64,000 bases of DNA from a virus: the IMG/VR virus record IMGVR_UViG_3300002835_000026; one strand, written 5' to 3'. Position numbers and translations under genes: made by a program. Of this stretch, positions 1 through 13,234 are shown one piece after another; positions within the stretch are counted from its first letter, which is position 1; each line of letters begins with the position of its first letter. The notes under the pieces are model-generated. The model had not been told where the DNA came from. It was given only the letters and a program-made list of their open reading frames with translations, and ran no database searches.

Positions 1-28
1 TACTTCCTGAAGATGGCGTTACTCCCAT
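1..28 (-). CDS. Partial CDS (5' end only, MGVTPSSGS...), probably a tail-fibre-associated virion protein
   Basis: ATG at 28, 2 nt after the stop of the giant fibre gene; frame runs off the window. Confidence 0.5.
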
Positions 29-30
29 AA

Positions 31-3000
31 CTATTTATTTTTAAGTTGTTCTTCTAAATTATTTACTTTATCATTTAATTCTTGAATAGCTGCTACTAAT
101 AATGGTACTATTTTTTCGTATTGTACTGTTAAGTAATTTTCACCTGATTTACTAGTTGTATTTCCGTCATTATCTAAAATATTAATATCAAAAGGAGCTG
201 GTTTTACTACTTCAGGTAATACTTTTTGTAAATCCTGAGCTATAACACCAACTTGTCTTTCTGGGTGTTTAATTTGCATTAAATTATCAGCTAATTCATT
301 TTGGTAATAAGTTACTGCTCTTAATGAATTAACTTTACTTAAAGCATTATTAATTGGTTCTAGTCCTTTTTTAAGTCTTTCATCTGAATAGTAAGCTACT
401 ACATCACCTGCCGCGTAAAGAGCTCCAGATGAATATATATAATATCCACCTGACGTTTCAATATATCCTGATACACTTAATGTTGTACCATTAAATGTCA
501 TGTTTTGTTCAGCATTTATTGTAGAAGAATTTACTGATGTTATAACACGGTTATCAGCAGCACCAGTATAAGATGTTATACCAGCACTTGCTCCTGATGT
601 ACCTGAAGCACCTGATGCACCACTTGTTCCTGAAGCACCTGAAGTTCCTGATGTACCTGATGCACCACTTGTTCCTGAAGCACCTGAAGTTCCTGATAAA
701 CCTGAAGTACCGCTTGCACCTGAAGCACCTGATGTACCTGATGCACCACTTGTTCCTGAAGCACCTGAAGTTCCTGATGTACCTGATGCACCACTTGTTC
801 CTGAAGCACCTGAAGTTCCTGATAAACCTGAAGTACCGCTTGCACCTGAAGCACCTGATGTACCTGATGCACCACTTGTTCCTGAAGCACCTGAAGTTCC
901 TGATGTACCTGATGCACCACTTGTTCCTGAAGCACCTGAAGTTCCTGATAAACCTGAAGTACCGCTTGCACCTGAAGCACCTGATGTACCTGATGTACCG
1001 CTTGCTCCTGATGTTCCTGAAGCACCTGATAAACCTGAAGTACCGCTTGCACCTGAAGCACCTGATGTACCTGATGTACCGCTTGCTCCTGATGTTCCTG
1101 AAGCACCTGATAAACCTGAAGTACCACTAGCTCCTGAAGCTCCACTTGTACCTGACGCACCTGATGTACCTGACGCACCTGATGTACCTGATGTTCCTGA
1201 AGCACCTGATGTTCCGCTTGCTCCTGATATACCTGATCCGGCTACTAAACTCCAATATGTTCCGTTTGTAGGGACTATGTTTTCACTTCCTAATATGTTT
1301 ATATAAGAACTTCCATTGTATGAAACAACATTGTTTGGAATGTATGAAGTTCCAGCATTGTAAGCACCTAACCAAATTAAACCTATACCTGAACGACCTG
1401 ATGTACCTGAGGCACCTGATGCACCACTTGTACCTGAAGCACCTGATGTACCTGATGTACCTGAAGCACCACTTGTTCCTGAAGCACCTGATGTACCACT
1501 TAAACCTGATGTTCCGCTTGCGCCTGAAGCTCCTGATGTACCTGATGCTCCTGATGTTCCTGATGCTCCTGAAGTTCCACTTAAACCTGAAATTCCTGAT
1601 GTACCTGATGTTCCACTAGCACCTGAAGTTCCTGAAGCACCACTTGCCCCTGATGTTCCTGAAGCACCACTTGTACCTGAAGCACCTGAAGTTCCTGATA
1701 AACCTGAAATACCTGATGTACCTGAAGTTCCACTAGCACCTGAAGTACCACTTGTTCCTGATGCGCCACTTGTACCTGAAGCTCCTGAAGTACCGCTTGC
1801 ACCTGATATACCAGACCCAGCTACTAATTGCCAATATGTTCCATTTGTAGGGACAACTCCTTCGCTTTGTAATATGTTTATATAAGAACTTCCATTGTAT
1901 GAAACAACATTGTTTGGAATATAAGTTGTAGCGCCATTATAAGCACCTAACCAAATTAAACCTATACCTGAGCGACCTGATGTTCCTGAGGCGCCTGAAG
2001 CACCTGATGTACCTGAAGCACCACTTGTACCTGAAGCACCGCTTGTACCTGAAGCACCTGATAAACCTGAGATACCTGAGCGACCTGATGTTCCTGAAGC
2101 ACCACTTGCACCTGAAGTTCCTGAAGCACCTGATGTACCTGATAAACCTGAAGTGCCACTTGCACCTGAAGCCCCTGATGTACCGCTTGCACCTGATGTT
2201 CCTGAAGCACCTGATAAACCTGATGTTCCTGAGGCGCCACTAGCTCCACTTGTTCCTGAAGCACCTGATGTACCTGAAGCACCTGATAAACCTGATGTTC
2301 CTGAGGCGCCACTAGCTCCACTTGTTCCTGAAGCACCTGATGTACCTGAAGCACCTGATAAACCTGATGTTCCTGAGGCGCCTGATGCACCACTAGTTCC
2401 TGAAGCTCCACTTGTTCCTGAAGCACCTGATAAACCTGATGTTCCTGAGGCGCCACTAGCTCCACTTGTTCCTGATGCACCACTTGTTCCTGATGCGCCT
2501 GATGTACCTGAAGCACCTGATGTTCCGCTTGCTCCTGATATACCGGACCCAGCTACTAACTGCCAATATGTTGGGTTTGTAGGGACTATGTTTTCACTTC
2601 CTAATATGTTTATATAAGAACTTCCATTGTATGAAACAACATTGTTTGGAATGTATGAAGTTCCAGCATTGTAAGCACCTAACCAAATTAAGCCAATGCC
2701 TGAACGACCTGATGTTCCTGAAGCACCTGAAGCTCCACTTGTACCTGAAGCACCTGATGTACCTGATGCTCCTGATGTACCACTTAAACCTGATGTTCCG
2801 CTTGCGCCTGAAGCTCCTGATGTACCTGATGCTCCTGATGTTCCTGATGCTCCTGAAGTTCCTGATGCTCCTGAAGTTCCACTTAAACCTGAAATTCCTG
2901 ATGTACCTGATGTTCCACTAGCACCTGAAGTTCCTGAAGCACCTGATGTACCACTTGCACCTGATAAACCTGAAATACCTGAACGACCTGATGTTCCTGA

Positions 3001-6000
3001 AGCTCCTGAAGCACCACTTAAACCTGAAGTTCCTGAAGCACCACTTGCACCTGATGTTCCTGATGCTCCACTTGTACCTGAAGCTCCTGATGTACCTGAT
3101 AAACCTGAAATACCTGATGTACCTGAAGTTCCACTTGCTCCAGAAGCACCACTTGTTCCTGATGCGCCACTTGTACCTGAAGCTCCTGAAGTACCGCTTG
3201 CACCTGATATACCGGACCCAGCTACTAAACTCCAATATGTTGGGTTTGTAGGAACAGTTGCTTCACTTTGTAATATGTTTATATAAGTACTTCCATTATA
3301 TGAAACAACATTATTAGGAATATAAGTTGTAGCACCACTATAAGCACCTAACCAAATTAAACCTATACCTGAGCGACCTGATGTACCTGAAGCACCTGAA
3401 GCACCACTTGTTCCTGAAGCACCTGAAGTTCCTGATGCACCTGATGTACCACTTGCACCTGAAGTTCCACTTAAACCTGAAATTCCTGATGTACCTGATG
3501 TTCCACTAGCACCTGAAGCACCACTTGTACCTGAAGCACCTGATGTACCTGATGCGCCACTTAGTCCTGAGATACCTGAGTTTCCTGATGTACCGCTTGC
3601 GCCTGAAGCACCTGAAGTACCGCTTGCGCCTGAAGTACCTGAAGCACCACTTAGGCCTGAAATGCCTGAGTTTCCTGATGTACCGCTTGCGCCTGAAGCT
3701 CCACTTGTACCTGAAGCACCTGAAATACCTGATAAACCACTTATACCTGAACGTCCTGAAATACCTGATCCTGCCACTAATGACCATGAACTTGGTGTAT
3801 CTGATGGAGCTGCATCATTATTATTATTTAAAGCTATATAAGAACTTCCAAGGTATGATACTAAGTCATTTGTTTGATAATTTGTAGCACTACTCCAAGA
3901 ACCTTCCCAAATTAGACCTATACCTGAAAGACCAGATATACCACTTAGACCTGAGATACCTGAGTTGCCGCTTAAGCCTGAAATACCTGAGTTACCTGAT
4001 GTACCTGAAGCACCACTTAAACCTGATATACCTGAGTTACCTGATGTACCTGAGGCGCCACTTAGACCTGAGATACCTGAGTTGCCGCTTAAGCCTGAAA
4101 TACCTGAGTTACCTGAAGCGCCTGATGTACCACTTAGACCTGAAATGCCACTTAAACCTGAGATGCCTGAGTTACCTGATGTACCTGAAATGCCTGATAA
4201 ACCTGAAATACCGCTTAAACCTGATATACCTGAGCGACCTGAGATGCCTGATCCTGCTACTAAACTCCAATATGTTGGTGATTCGTTAGGTGATTGGTCT
4301 AAACTATTTTGTATCGCTATATATGTGTTTCCAAGGTATGATACTAAATCATTAGTTTGATAGTTTGTAGCACTACTCCAAGAACCTTTCCAAATTAGAC
4401 CTATACCTGAAAGACCTGAAATTCCGCTTAAACCTGATATACCACTTAGACCTGAAATGCCTGAGCGACCTGAAATACCGCTTAGACCTGAAATTCCTGA
4501 AATACCAGAAATACCACTTAAACCAGATATACCTAAAATTCCTGATAAACCTGAAATACCTGAGCGACCTGAGATGCCTGAAGCCGCTACTAGTTCCCAA
4601 TATGTTGCATTTGTAGGTAAATTATTTAAGTTGCTATTTGTAATTGATATATAAGAACTTCCATTATATGAAACTAAATCATTAATGTTATAAGTTACTT
4701 CAAAATCCCATCCTCCTGCTTTCCAATATAAACCTATACCTGATAAACCTGAGCGACCTGAAGTACCAGATAAACCTGATATTCCTGATAAGCCTGATAT
4801 ACCACTTAGGCCTGAGGTACCTGATAAACCTGAAATACCTGAGTTACCTGATAAACCTGAGATGCCACTTAGGCCTGAGATGCCTGAATTACCACTTAAG
4901 CCTGATATACCTGAAAAACCTGAAAGACCACTAACTGCTATAATAGACCAATATGTTGGTTGAGCTGATGGAGTAGCGCTAATATTACTATCTTGTAAAG
5001 AAATATAAGAACTTCCTTGATAATAAACTATATCATTTATATTATATAAAGTAAATGCATCCCAAGTACCTTCCCAAATTAAACCTATACCTGATAAACC
5101 TGAAATACCTGAGCGACCTGATGTTCCTGAAGCACCTGAAATGCCTGAAATGCCACTTAAACCTGATAAACCTGATATACCACTTAGACCAGAAATACCT
5201 GATATGCCACTTAATCCTGAAATACCTGAGCGACCTGAATCTCCACTTATACCTGAAAGTCCTGAATTACCACTTAGTCCTGATATACCTGAGATGCCTG
5301 AAAGACCAGATATACCTGAACGACCTGAGTTTCCATCAGTACCACTTAATCCTGAAATACCTGAGTTACCACTTAAACCTGAAATACCTGATAAGCCTGA
5401 TATGCCACTTATACCTGATAAACCAGATAAACCTGAAATTCCACTTATACCTGATAAACCTGAAATACCTGATAAGCCACTTATACCTGAAATTCCTGAT
5501 AATCCACTTATACCTGAAATACCGGATATACCACTTAATCCTGAAATGCCGCTTAAACCTGATATTCCTGAAATACCACTTAAACCTGAAATTCCTGATA
5601 TACCACTTAAACCACTTACACCTGAAATACCTGATAAACCTGATTCACCGCTTAAACCTGATATTCCTGAAATACCACTTAAACCTGAAATACCGCTTAT
5701 ACCTGATAAACCTGATAGACCAGATGTACCGCTTAAACCAGATGTGCCTGAGAGTCCTGAAATACCAGAAAGACCTGATATACCTGATATACCTGATATA
5801 CCACTTAGACCTGAGGTACCTGAAATACCTGATAAACCACTTTCACCACTTAATCCTGAAATGCCACTTATACCTGATAAACCAGATAGACCTGAATCGC
5901 CACTTAAACCTGAAATGCCACTTAATCCGCTTATACCTGAAAGTCCTGATAAACCTGATTCACCACTTAATCCACTTATACCTGATAAACCAGATGTACC

Positions 6001-9000
6001 TGAAAGACCTGATGTACCTGATAAACCACTGATACCTGATGTACCACTTAAGCCTGAGGTACCACTTAAACCTGAAAGACCAGATTCACCACTTAAGCCT
6101 GAGGTACCACTTAAACCACTTATACCTAAATTACCTGATAAGCCTGAAATACCACTTAAACCTGAAATTCCTGATAAACCTGATAAACCTGATTCACCAC
6201 TTAAGCCTGATATTCCTGAAAGTCCTGAGATGCCACTTAGTCCTGAAATACCGCTTATACCTAATAATCCTGAAATGCCTGATGTACCTAAAAGTCCTGA
6301 TATTCCTGACTCACCGCTTAATCCTGAGATGCCACTTAATCCACTTATGCCTGAAGTACCTGATAAACCTGAAATACCTGATGTACCGCTTAAACCACTT
6401 ATACCTGATAAACCTGATAAACCACTTTCCCCTGATAATCCTGAGATGCCACTTGTACCTGACAAGCCTGAAATTCCGCTTAATCCTGATAAGCCACTTT
6501 CGCCTGATAAACCTGAAATACCTGAAGTGCCACTTAAACCTGATGTACCTGATAAGCCTGAAAGTCCTGAGATGCCTGAAGTACCACTTAAACCTAAAAT
6601 ACCACTTATGCCTGATATGCCACTTAATCCACTTATACCTGATGTACCGCTAAGGCCTGATAAGCCACTTTCGCCTGAAAGACCTGATAAGCCTGAAAGT
6701 CCTGATATACCTGATGTACCTGATAAACCTGAAATTCCGCTTGTACCTAAAAGTCCTGATAAGCCACTTTCGCCTGATAATCCTGAAATACCTGATGTAC
6801 CACTTAATCCACTTATGCCGCTTAAACCTGAAATACCTGATGTACCACTTAATCCACTTATGCCGCTTAAACCTGAAATACCTGAGTCACCGTTTAGACC
6901 TGAAGTACCTGATAAACCACTAATTCCACTTAAACCTGATGTACCACTTAATCCTGAAATGCCACTTATACCTGATAAACCTGAAATACCTGAAAGTCCT
7001 AAGGTACCACTTAATCCACTTATACCTGAAGTTCCTAATAAACCTGAAATTCCTAATATACCGCTAAGACCTGATAATCCACTTTCGCCTGATAATCCTA
7101 AAATACCACTTATACCTGAAATACCTGATACACCACTTAAACCTGAAATACCGGAATCACCATTTAAACCTGATATACCGCTTAAACCACTTATACCTGA
7201 GATGCCACTTAGGCCTGAAATTCCTGAAAGACCTAATATTCCTGATTCACCACTTAATCCTGAGATGCCTGATAAACCAGAAACACCTGATAGACCTGAT
7301 AAACCGCTTATACCTGATAGACCTGAAGTACCACTTAAACCTGAAAGTCCTGAGTCACCGTTTAAACCTGATATGCCTGAAAGACCAGATACACCATTTA
7401 ATCCGCTTACACCTGATATTCCTGATAAGCCTGATATACCGCTTGTACCTGATAAGCCAGAAATGCCTGAAGTACCTTCTAAACCTGATATGCCTGAAAA
7501 ACCTGAAATACCGCTTAATCCTAAAATACCTGAGATGCCTGAGATGCCTGATAAACCACTTAATCCAGATAAGCCACTTTCACCATTTAAACCTGAAATA
7601 CCACTTAAACCTAAAAGTCCTGAAATACCTGATGTACCGCTTAAACCTGATAAACCTGATTCACCACTTAAGCCTGAAATACCACTTAAACCTGAAAATC
7701 CTGATGTACCGCTAAGACCTGATATACCTAAAAGTCCTGAAATACCTGATGTACCGCTTAAACCTGATAAACCTGATTCACCACTTAAGCCTGAAATACC
7801 GCTTGTGCCTGATAAACCTAAAATACCTGATAAACCACTTTCACCACTTAAACCTGATAAACCTAAGATACCTGAAATACCATTTAAACCAGAAATACCG
7901 CTTGTTCCTAACAATCCTGAAACCCCACTTAAACCTGAAAGACCTGATGTTCCTGAAAGACCTGATATACCATCTATACCAGAAAATCCTGATAAACCGC
8001 TTAAACCTGAGGTACCTGACATACCTGAAAGTCCTGATATACCTGATGTACTTATACCACTTAAACCAGATAAACCGGAAAGTCCTGAAGTTCCATCTAT
8101 GCCTGAAAGACCTGATATACCGCTTAAACCTGATGTACCTAATAAACCTGAAAGTCCTGATGAGCCGCTTAATCCTGAAAGACCTGAGTCTCCATTTAAT
8201 CCTAAAATACCACTTATACCACTTAAACCTGAAATTCCTGAGTCACCGTTTAGACCTAAAATTCCTGATAAACCTGAAATACCAGACAATCCTAAAATAC
8301 CAGATAGGCCTGAAGTACCACTTAGACCAGAAATACCTGAATCTCCAATATTACCATTTGTACCACTTAATCCTGAAATACCTGATGTGCCATTTAAACC
8401 TGAAATACCTGAATTTCCAATTAAACCAGATATACCTGAAACTCCTTCTAAACCTGAAATACCTGAAGTACCATTTGTACCTGATAAGCCACTTATACCT
8501 GACTGACCTAATAAACCTGAAGTGCCTTCTAAACCTGAAATTCCTGAAGTACCGTTTGTACCATTAGTACCACTTAAACCAGAAATTCCTGAATTACCTA
8601 AAAGTCCTGAAATACCTGAAGCTCCTTCTAAACCTGAGATGCCTGAAATACCATTTATACCTGAAATACCTTCTAAACCTGATATTCCTGAAGTTCCATT
8701 TGTACCATTTGTACCTGAAAGTCCTGAAATACCACTTAATCCTGAAGTACCTAAGATACCACTTAATCCTGAGATGCCTGAGTCACCATTTAGACCTAAC
8801 AAACCTGATAAACCACTTATACCTGAAGTTCCTAATGTACCTGATAAACCTGAAAGTCCTGATGTACCTTCAAGACCTGAAAGACCGGATGTACCATTTG
8901 TTCCATTTGTTCCTGATAAACCAGATAAACCTGAAGTTCCTAATGTACCTGATAAACCTGATAAACCTGATGTACCATTTAATCCACTTAAACCTGATGT

Positions 9001-10599
9001 ACCTTCAAGACCTGAAAGACCTGAAGTTCCGTTTGTACCGGATAAACCACTTAGACCTGAAGTTCCAGTGCCACTTAAGCCTGATAAACCACTTGTGCCT
9101 TCTAAACCACTTAGACCTGAAGTACCATTTGTACCACTTGTTCCTGATAAACCTGAGAGACCTGATGTACCAGTACCACTTAATCCACTTAGACCAGATA
9201 TACCTTCTAAACCTGAAAGTCCTGAGGTACCATTTGTTCCTGATAAACCTGAAAGTCCTGAGGTACCATTTGTACCATTAGTTCCTGAGAAACCACTTAT
9301 ACCAGATAAACCACTTATACCTTCTAAGCCACTTATACCTGATGTACCAATTGTACCACTTAATCCACTTATACCTGAAGTTCCAGTTCCACTAAGACCT
9401 GAAAGACCAGATGTACCTTCTAAACCAGATAAACCTGATAAGCCTGATAAGCCTGATAAGCCTGATAAACCAGTTCCTGAAAGACCAGATAAACCTGAGG
9501 TTCCAGTACCACTAAGACCTGAAAGTCCTGAAAGTCCTGTTCCACTAAGACCAGAAATTCCTGATGTACCTTCTAAACCTGATAAACCTGAAATTCCGTT
9601 TATACCTGATAAACCGCTTAAACCAGAAGTGCCAGTACCACTTAAACCTGAAAGTCCTGATGTACCTAATATGCCACTTAGACCTGATGTACCTTCAAGA
9701 CCTGAAAGACCGGATGTACCATTTGTTCCTGATAAACCTGAAAGTCCTGAAGTACTAGTACCACTAAGACCTGAAAGACCAGATGTACCTTCTAAGCCTG
9801 AAAGACCAGATGTACCATTAGTACCATTAGTACCTGAAAGACCTGAAAGTCCTGATATACCTGTACCACTTAGGCCTGATAAACCACTTAAGCCTTCTAA
9901 ACCTGAGAGTCCTGAGGTACCATTTGTACCATTAGTTCCTGATAAACCACTTAGACCTGATGTACCAGCTCCTGACAAACCAGATAAACCTGAAGTTCCA
10001 GTACCACTAAGACCTGAAAGTCCTGATAAACCTTCTAAACCAGAAAGACCTGAAGTTCCATTAGTTCCTGAAAGACCGCTCAAACCAGAAGTTCCTGTTC
10101 CACTTAAACCACTTAGACCTGAAGTTCCTGTACCACTTAAACCAGATAAACCACTTATACCTTCTAAACCTGATAAACCTGAGGTACCATTAGTTCCTGA
10201 TAAACCGCTTAATCCTGAGGTGCCAGTTCCACTTAATCCTGATAAACCTGAAGTGCCAGTACCACTTAAACCTGATAAACCTTCTAAACCTGAAAGTCCT
10301 GATGTACCATTTATTCCTGATAAACCACTTATACCAGATGTTCCAGCGCCACTTAGTCCTGAAATACCTGATGTACCTGTTCCTGATAAACCTGAAATAC
10401 CTGAGGTGCCAGTACCACTTAAGCCTGAAATACCTGAGGTGCCAGTACCACTTAAACCTGAAAGACCTGATAAACCTGAAAGTCCAGATGTACCAATTCC
10501 ACTACTACCTCCTGAAGTAGGTACTTCAAAAGAAGCTATAGATACTTGATCTAAAAATCGTACATTGTTTCTTGGTATGGAGTTATTGATTCTGGCCAT
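31..10599 (-). CDS. Giant Gly-X-Ser repeat (collagen-like) tail fibre with 8 aromatic CBM5/12-like modules and a C-terminal intramolecular chaperone (Peptidase S74-like)
   Basis: 3522-aa ORF; Gly at nearly every third residue; C-terminal YYSDERLK...[15 protein letters not shown]...[15 protein letters not shown] chaperone motifs; follows the neck genes. Confidence 0.85.
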   Translation of the reverse strand: MARINNSIPRNNVRFLDQVSIASFEVPTSGGSSGIGTSGLSGLSGLSGLSGTGTSGISGLSGTGTSGISGLSGTGTSGISGLSGAGTSGISGLSGINGTSGLSGLEGLSGLSGTGTSGLSGLSGTGTSGLSGLSGTNGTSGLSGLEGISGLSGLSGTGTSGLSGLSGTGTSGLSGLSGTNGTSGLSGLEGLSGLSGLSGTGTSGLSGLSGAGTSGLSGLSGTNGTNGTSGLSGLEGLSGLSGLSGTGISGLSGLSGTNGTNGTSGLSGLEGTSGLSGLSGTSTSGLSGLSGTNGTSGLSGLEGTSGLSGILGTSGLSGLSGTGTSGLSGLSGINGISGLSGLEGTSGISGLSGTGLSGLSGLSGTGTSGLSGLSGTGLSGLSGLSGLSGLSGLEGTSGLSGLSGTGTSGISGLSGTIGTSGISGLEGISGLSGISGFSGTNGTNGTSGLSGLSGTNGTSGLSGLEGISGLSGLSGTGTSGLSGLSGTSGTNGTSGLSGLEGTSGLSGLSGTGTSGLSGLSGTNGTSGLSGLEGTSGLSGLNGTSGLSGLSGTLGTSGLSGLSGTNGTNGTSGLSGLEGTSGLSGLSGTLGTSGISGLSGLLGLNGDSGISGLSGILGTSGLSGISGLSGTNGTNGTSGISGLEGISGINGISGISGLEGASGISGLLGNSGISGLSGTNGTNGTSGISGLEGTSGLLGQSGISGLSGTNGTSGISGLEGVSGISGLIGNSGISGLNGTSGISGLSGTNGNIGDSGISGLSGTSGLSGILGLSGISGLSGILGLNGDSGISGLSGISGILGLNGDSGLSGLSGSSGLSGLLGTSGLSGISGLSGIDGTSGLSGLSGLSGISTSGISGLSGMSGTSGLSGLSGFSGIDGISGLSGTSGLSGLSGVSGLLGTSGISGLNGISGILGLSGLSGESGLSGILGLSGTSGISGLSGESGLSGLSGTSGISGLLGISGLSGTSGFSGLSGISGLSGESGLSGLSGTSGISGLLGLSGISGLNGESGLSGLSGLSGISGISGILGLSGISGFSGISGLEGTSGISGLSGTSGISGLSGISGVSGLNGVSGLSGISGLNGDSGLSGLSGTSGLSGISGLSGLSGVSGLSGISGLSGESGILGLSGISGLSGISGISGLSGISGLNGDSGISGLSGVSGISGISGILGLSGESGLSGLSGILGISGLLGTSGISGLSGTLGLSGISGLSGISGISGLSGTSGLSGISGLSGTSGLNGDSGISGLSGISGLSGTSGISGLSGISGLSGTSGISGLSGESGLSGLLGTSGISGLSGTSGISGLSGLSGLSGESGLSGLSGTSGISGLSGISGISGILGLSGTSGISGLSGLSGTSGLSGTSGISGLSGESGLSGLSGISGLSGTSGISGLSGESGLSGLSGISGLSGTSGISGLSGTSGISGLSGISGLSGESGISGLLGTSGISGLLGISGISGLSGISGLSGISGLSGESGLSGLSGISGLSGISGLSGNLGISGLSGTSGLSGESGLSGLSGTSGLSGTSGISGLSGTSGLSGTSGLSGISGLSGESGLSGLSGISGLSGISGLSGDSGLSGLSGISGISGLSGESGLSGISGTSGLSGISGISGISGLSGISGLSGTSGLSGTSGLSGLSGISGISGLSGISGISGLSGESGLSGISGVSGLSGISGISGLSGISGISGLSGISGLSGISGISGISGLSGISGISGLSGISGLSGISGISGLSGLSGISGISGLSGISGLSGNSGISGLSGTDGNSGRSGISGLSGISGISGLSGNSGLSGISGDSGRSGISGLSGISGISGLSGISGLSGLSGISGISGASGTSGRSGISGLSGIGLIWEGTWDAFTLYNINDIVYYQGSSYISLQDSNISATPSAQPTYWSIIAVSGLSGFSGISGLSGNSGISGLSGISGLSGNSGISGLSGTSGLSGISGLSGISGLSGTSGRSGLSGIGLYWKAGGWDFEVTYNINDLVSYNGSSYISITNSNLNNLPTNATYWELVAASGISGRSGISGLSGILGISGLSGISGISGISGLSGISGRSGISGLSGISGLSGISGLSGIGLIWKGSWSSATNYQTNDLVSYLGNTYIAIQNSLDQSPNESPTYWSLVAGSGISGRSGISGLSGISGLSGISGTSGNSGISGLSGISGLSGTSGASGNSGISGLSGNSGISGLSGASGTSGNSGISGLSGASGTSGNSGISGLSGNSGISGLSGISGLSGIGLIWEGSWSSATNYQTNDLVSYLGSSYIALNNNNDAAPSDTPSSWSLVAGSGISGRSGISGLSGISGASGTSGASGASGTSGNSGISGLSGASGTSGASGTSGASGASGTSGNSGISGLSGASGTSGASGTSGASGASGTSGTSGISGLSGTSGASGTSGASGTSGASGTSGASGASGTSGRSGIGLIWLGAYSGATTYIPNNVVSYNGSTYINILQSEATVPTNPTYWSLVAGSGISGASGTSGASGTSGASGTSGASGASGTSGTSGISGLSGTSGASGTSGASGTSGASGASGTSGLSGASGASGTSGRSGISGLSGASGTSGASGTSGASGTSGTSGISGLSGTSGASGTSGASGTSGASGTSGASGASGTSGLSGTSGASGTSGASGTSGASGASGTSGRSGIGLIWLGAYNAGTSYIPNNVVSYNGSSYINILGSENIVPTNPTYWQLVAGSGISGASGTSGASGTSGASGTSGASGTSGASGASGTSGLSGASGTSGASGTSGASGASGTSGLSGASGTSGASGTSGASGASGTSGLSGASGTSGASGTSGASGASGTSGLSGASGTSGASGTSGASGASGTSGLSGTSGASGTSGASGASGTSGRSGISGLSGASGTSGASGTSGASGTSGASGASGTSGRSGIGLIWLGAYNGATTYIPNNVVSYNGSSYINILQSEGVVPTNGTYWQLVAGSGISGASGTSGASGTSGASGTSGTSGASGTSGTSGISGLSGTSGASGTSGASGTSGASGASGTSGASGTSGTSGISGLSGTSGASGTSGASGTSGASGASGTSGLSGTSGASGTSGASGTSGTSGASGTSGASGASGTSGRSGIGLIWLGAYNAGTSYIPNNVVSYNGSSYINILGSENIVPTNGTYWSLVAGSGISGASGTSGASGTSGTSGASGTSGASGTSGASGASGTSGLSGASGTSGASGTSGTSGASGASGTSGLSGASGTSGASGTSGTSGASGASGTSGLSGTSGASGTSGASGTSGTSGASGTSGASGTSGASGASGTSGLSGTSGASGTSGASGTSGTSGASGTSGASGTSGASGASGTSGLSGTSGASGTSGASGTSGTSGASGTSGASGASGTSGASAGITSYTGAADNRVITSVNSSTINAEQNMTFNGTTLSVSGYIETSGGYYIYSSGALYAAGDVVAYYSDERLKKGLEPINNALSKVNSLRAVTYYQNELADNLMQIKHPERQVGVIAQDLQKVLPEVVKPAPFDINILDNDGNTTSKSGENYLTVQYEKIVPLLVAAIQELNDKVNNLEEQLKNK
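580..10500. repeat. Degenerate 9-bp tandem repeat array (plus strand cctga-nnnn type) encoding Gly-X-Ser
   Basis: Visible 9-nt periodicity; near-exact 126-bp units around 600-980; interrupted by 8 unique-like modules between ~1230 and ~5090. Confidence 0.95.
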
Positions 10600-11455
10600 A
10601 TTGTATTTCGTTTGTTGGGTTTGTTATTGTTGATTCTAAATTTATAATTATTTTACTCTTACTTGAAAATTTCTTGATAGAGTTTAAATCTTTTTGTAAT
10701 ACTTCTGGAACTATATAACCATATACTTTAATATTAAAAGTACTTCTAACTAATCGTTCAGCGTCATTTTGTAATTCTGTTACTGTATTAAATGTATCAA
10801 TACGAGTTTGGAATTGAAATTGTTCTGGGTTACCCCAATACGCATCTGAAGCATATTCAATTGCTTCTACTATTTTATTTAATTGTTCTACATAGTAAGT
10901 AAATACTACACAACTATAAGTTAATGTTAAGTAATCAGGTACTACTGAAGCATAATATGTAGTAGTTGGTATTCTGTTAGTTAAAACATTAAAATTACTA
11001 TATATATTACTTGGAGAGTATTGTTTTTCTGTTACTGTATAGTTGTTAGGTCTATTAGCATCTAATTTATTAGCTACAGTCCTATTTTTTTCTATACTAT
11101 CTCTTTTAAACATAATAAGTGGAGCCATAATAGCACCGTTTACATCTCTATAATAACCATCCTTTTGATATGATTTCCATTTTTCAGGTGAACCATATAT
11201 AACAGGAACTTCTATTCTTTCTTCATTTTGCACTACAAAAGGTTTAATAACATTTTGAAAATAATACATAATAGCTCCATCAATATCTTGAAGACTAATA
11301 CTAAATGGTTTAGTATTATCATTTCTAAAAGAAGTTTGTGTAGCTCTATTAGGATTATTAGACTTATTAGGGTTACCTCTTTCAACATCAAAAGGTACTT
11401 GTTGATCTACAAGTATCTCTTTTTGTGTTTTAGGTATAGGTATTCTTCCAGCCAT
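10583..11455 (-). CDS. gp15: Tail completion / sheath stabilizer, T4 gp15-like
   Basis: [11 protein letters not shown] and [10 protein letters not shown] motifs; synteny after gp13/gp14-like genes. Confidence 0.7.
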   Translation of the reverse strand: MAGRIPIPKTQKEILVDQQVPFDVERGNPNKSNNPNRATQTSFRNDNTKPFSISLQDIDGAIMYYFQNVIKPFVVQNEERIEVPVIYGSPEKWKSYQKDGYYRDVNGAIMAPLIMFKRDSIEKNRTVANKLDANRPNNYTVTEKQYSPSNIYSNFNVLTNRIPTTTYYASVVPDYLTLTYSCVVFTYYVEQLNKIVEAIEYASDAYWGNPEQFQFQTRIDTFNTVTELQNDAERLVRSTFNIKVYGYIVPEVLQKDLNSIKKFSSKSKIIINLESTITNPTNEIQYGQNQ

Positions 11456-12003
11456 TATAATCTTGCTTTAGTTATGTTTACTCTATCTTGTGGTACATAA
11501 TGACAATCACAAACAATTGATTGATCCCAACCAAAGTTTTGTAATCCTGGATTTAAAGGATTTACATCATATGGGTAATCAGGATCTTTGCCTACAAATT
11601 GTTGGTTTGAAATTACATTATCTACTTCAAAATATCCATTTTGATATAAAATAATATCTCCTACTTGTGGTACTAAATTAGCTCCATAAAACTCAGTATC
11701 AATATTGTAGTCATAATTTTTATTTAATAAATCATCTTTTAAAAATGCTACTTTTATACCCCAAACTAAATCAACACCTAAATCACTTGTAGGGAATGCT
11801 TGATCATTTCTTTCAAGTAAACAATCTAATAGAACTGGGCCAATATAAAATTTACCCTCTACATTTTCACCATACATATTAACTCTAGTTTGACCTAGAT
11901 TATATTTGTAATAAGCAACTTGTTGGGTAATAACATTACCCATTAATTCTCTATTAATAAATCTTAAAGCTGAAACATCTCTTATACTTCCAAATAATGC
12001 CAT
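11455..12003 (-). CDS. gp14: Neck / head-closure protein, T4 gp14-like
   Basis: NMYGE and PQVGDIILYQNGYFEV motifs; position between gp13-like and gp15-like genes. Confidence 0.65.
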   Translation of the reverse strand: MALFGSIRDVSALRFINRELMGNVITQQVAYYKYNLGQTRVNMYGENVEGKFYIGPVLLDCLLERNDQAFPTSDLGVDLVWGIKVAFLKDDLLNKNYDYNIDTEFYGANLVPQVGDIILYQNGYFEVDNVISNQQFVGKDPDYPYDVNPLNPGLQNFGWDQSIVCDCHYVPQDRVNITKARL

Positions 12004-12004
12004 T

Positions 12005-13225
12005 TTATGCTATATAAATTACCATTGGTACTTGATTTATTTCTGTTACACGTGCTGCTGATTCAGCTGCTCTTCTTTCAAGCAATGCTTGACGTGAAGT
12101 TTGATCAAAATATTCTCTTAATCTTAAAATTAAAGCATCTTTAGTAGCTGTAGCTGAAGATAATAAATCTTGTTGATTTAAAGTTACTTCAGCATTAGGA
12201 ATAGGAACAGTACTATATTTTCCTCTAACATATCCTAATATTTCTTTAGTTAATGCTAAAGTGTATTCATATATCCAACTTCTACCTACTGAATTTAAAG
12301 CATTATAATTTGGATTAGTATAAGGTACATTTGATGTGTTAGTAATTTTATTTGTACCATCTCCAAACGCTGAATCTAATCTTTCTTGTAATGAAACATA
12401 TTCAAAATTTAAATACATTCCGTAATCTAAATTATTATCCATTTCTTCATTAAAAAATCCAGTTCCAGGAACTGGAAACACTGAGATTACATTATTTGTA
12501 ATTTCAAAAGTATAATTAGATAAGGTTATAGTGTTTTGCATCTCAATAGCTTGAATAGTTTGAGCTGTAAAACTTGTAGGCATCATTAAATAATTTGTAT
12601 AACCCATACCTAAACCATAAGCACCAGCCGCTGGGACTCCGCCTAAACCTCCTGCCATTGTTCCTAAGAAAGGAGCAAACATTTGAGATACAGCTGGAGG
12701 TGGTTGGTAAAATACTCTTTTAATTTCAATTCCACCTACAATACCTTGAGACTCAGCCCAAGCTTTTAAATCATATCTTTGTACTCCTGGAATTAAAGTT
12801 AATCTACCTTTTCTCCAAGTAACGTTACCTCCTGAACCTGCTTCTTCTCCATATTGTTCAGATAATCTAACAATATTAGCCATTGAAGGAGTAATTAATG
12901 CATTATCAGCATCAATAGAAGTTGAAGCTCCTTCAAATGTAAGATAATTATCTCTAGTTAAAAAAGCATATAATTCATTTCCATATGTAGTAACTGCTTC
13001 TTCAAAAGCAGCATATATGTTAATATCTTGAAGTTCAATATCCATAATAGGATATCCTAATCTACGAGTAACAAACATAGCTACACTATCAGCGTCTGTT
13101 TTAAATTGAGTCTCATTATCATAAAATCCAAACGGAGTAGGAGGAATTCCTGATGAAGGAGTATTATAATAAGATGCTGATACTTGAGCAAATGAACTAG
13201 AACCAGGCCAAATAGGTATATTCAT
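12005..13225 (-). CDS. gp13: Neck protein, T4 gp13-like
   Basis: RRLGYPIMDIELQD and YTLALTKEILGYVRGKY motifs. Confidence 0.75.
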   Translation of the reverse strand: MNIPIWPGSSSFAQVSASYYNTPSSGIPPTPFGFYDNETQFKTDADSVAMFVTRRLGYPIMDIELQDINIYAAFEEAVTTYGNELYAFLTRDNYLTFEGASTSIDADNALITPSMANIVRLSEQYGEEAGSGGNVTWRKGRLTLIPGVQRYDLKAWAESQGIVGGIEIKRVFYQPPPAVSQMFAPFLGTMAGGLGGVPAAGAYGLGMGYTNYLMMPTSFTAQTIQAIEMQNTITLSNYTFEITNNVISVFPVPGTGFFNEEMDNNLDYGMYLNFEYVSLQERLDSAFGDGTNKITNTSNVPYTNPNYNALNSVGRSWIYEYTLALTKEILGYVRGKYSTVPIPNAEVTLNQQDLLSSATATKDALILRLREYFDQTSRQALLERRAAESAARVTEINQVPMVIYIA

Positions 13226-13234
13226 ATTATTTTA

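Noticed and set aside
1230-3400. Diversity-generating retroelement template/variable repeat pair among the fibre modules
   Set aside because: Both copies lie in-frame in the same CDS, differences are not clearly adenine-specific, and no reverse transcriptase is in the window
580-10500. Repeat array as a CRISPR array or ice-nucleation gene
   Set aside because: No repeat-spacer structure; period is 3 residues, not the 8/16-residue AGYGST repeat of ice-nucleation proteins
573-10549. Long plus-strand Pro-rich ORFs (e.g. 5141..8506, 8522..10549) and off-frame HL/QV-rich ORFs
   Set aside because: Shadows of the Gly-X-Ser codon repeat: antisense GGT/TCA periodicity gives stop-free Pro frames; no independent evidence of expression
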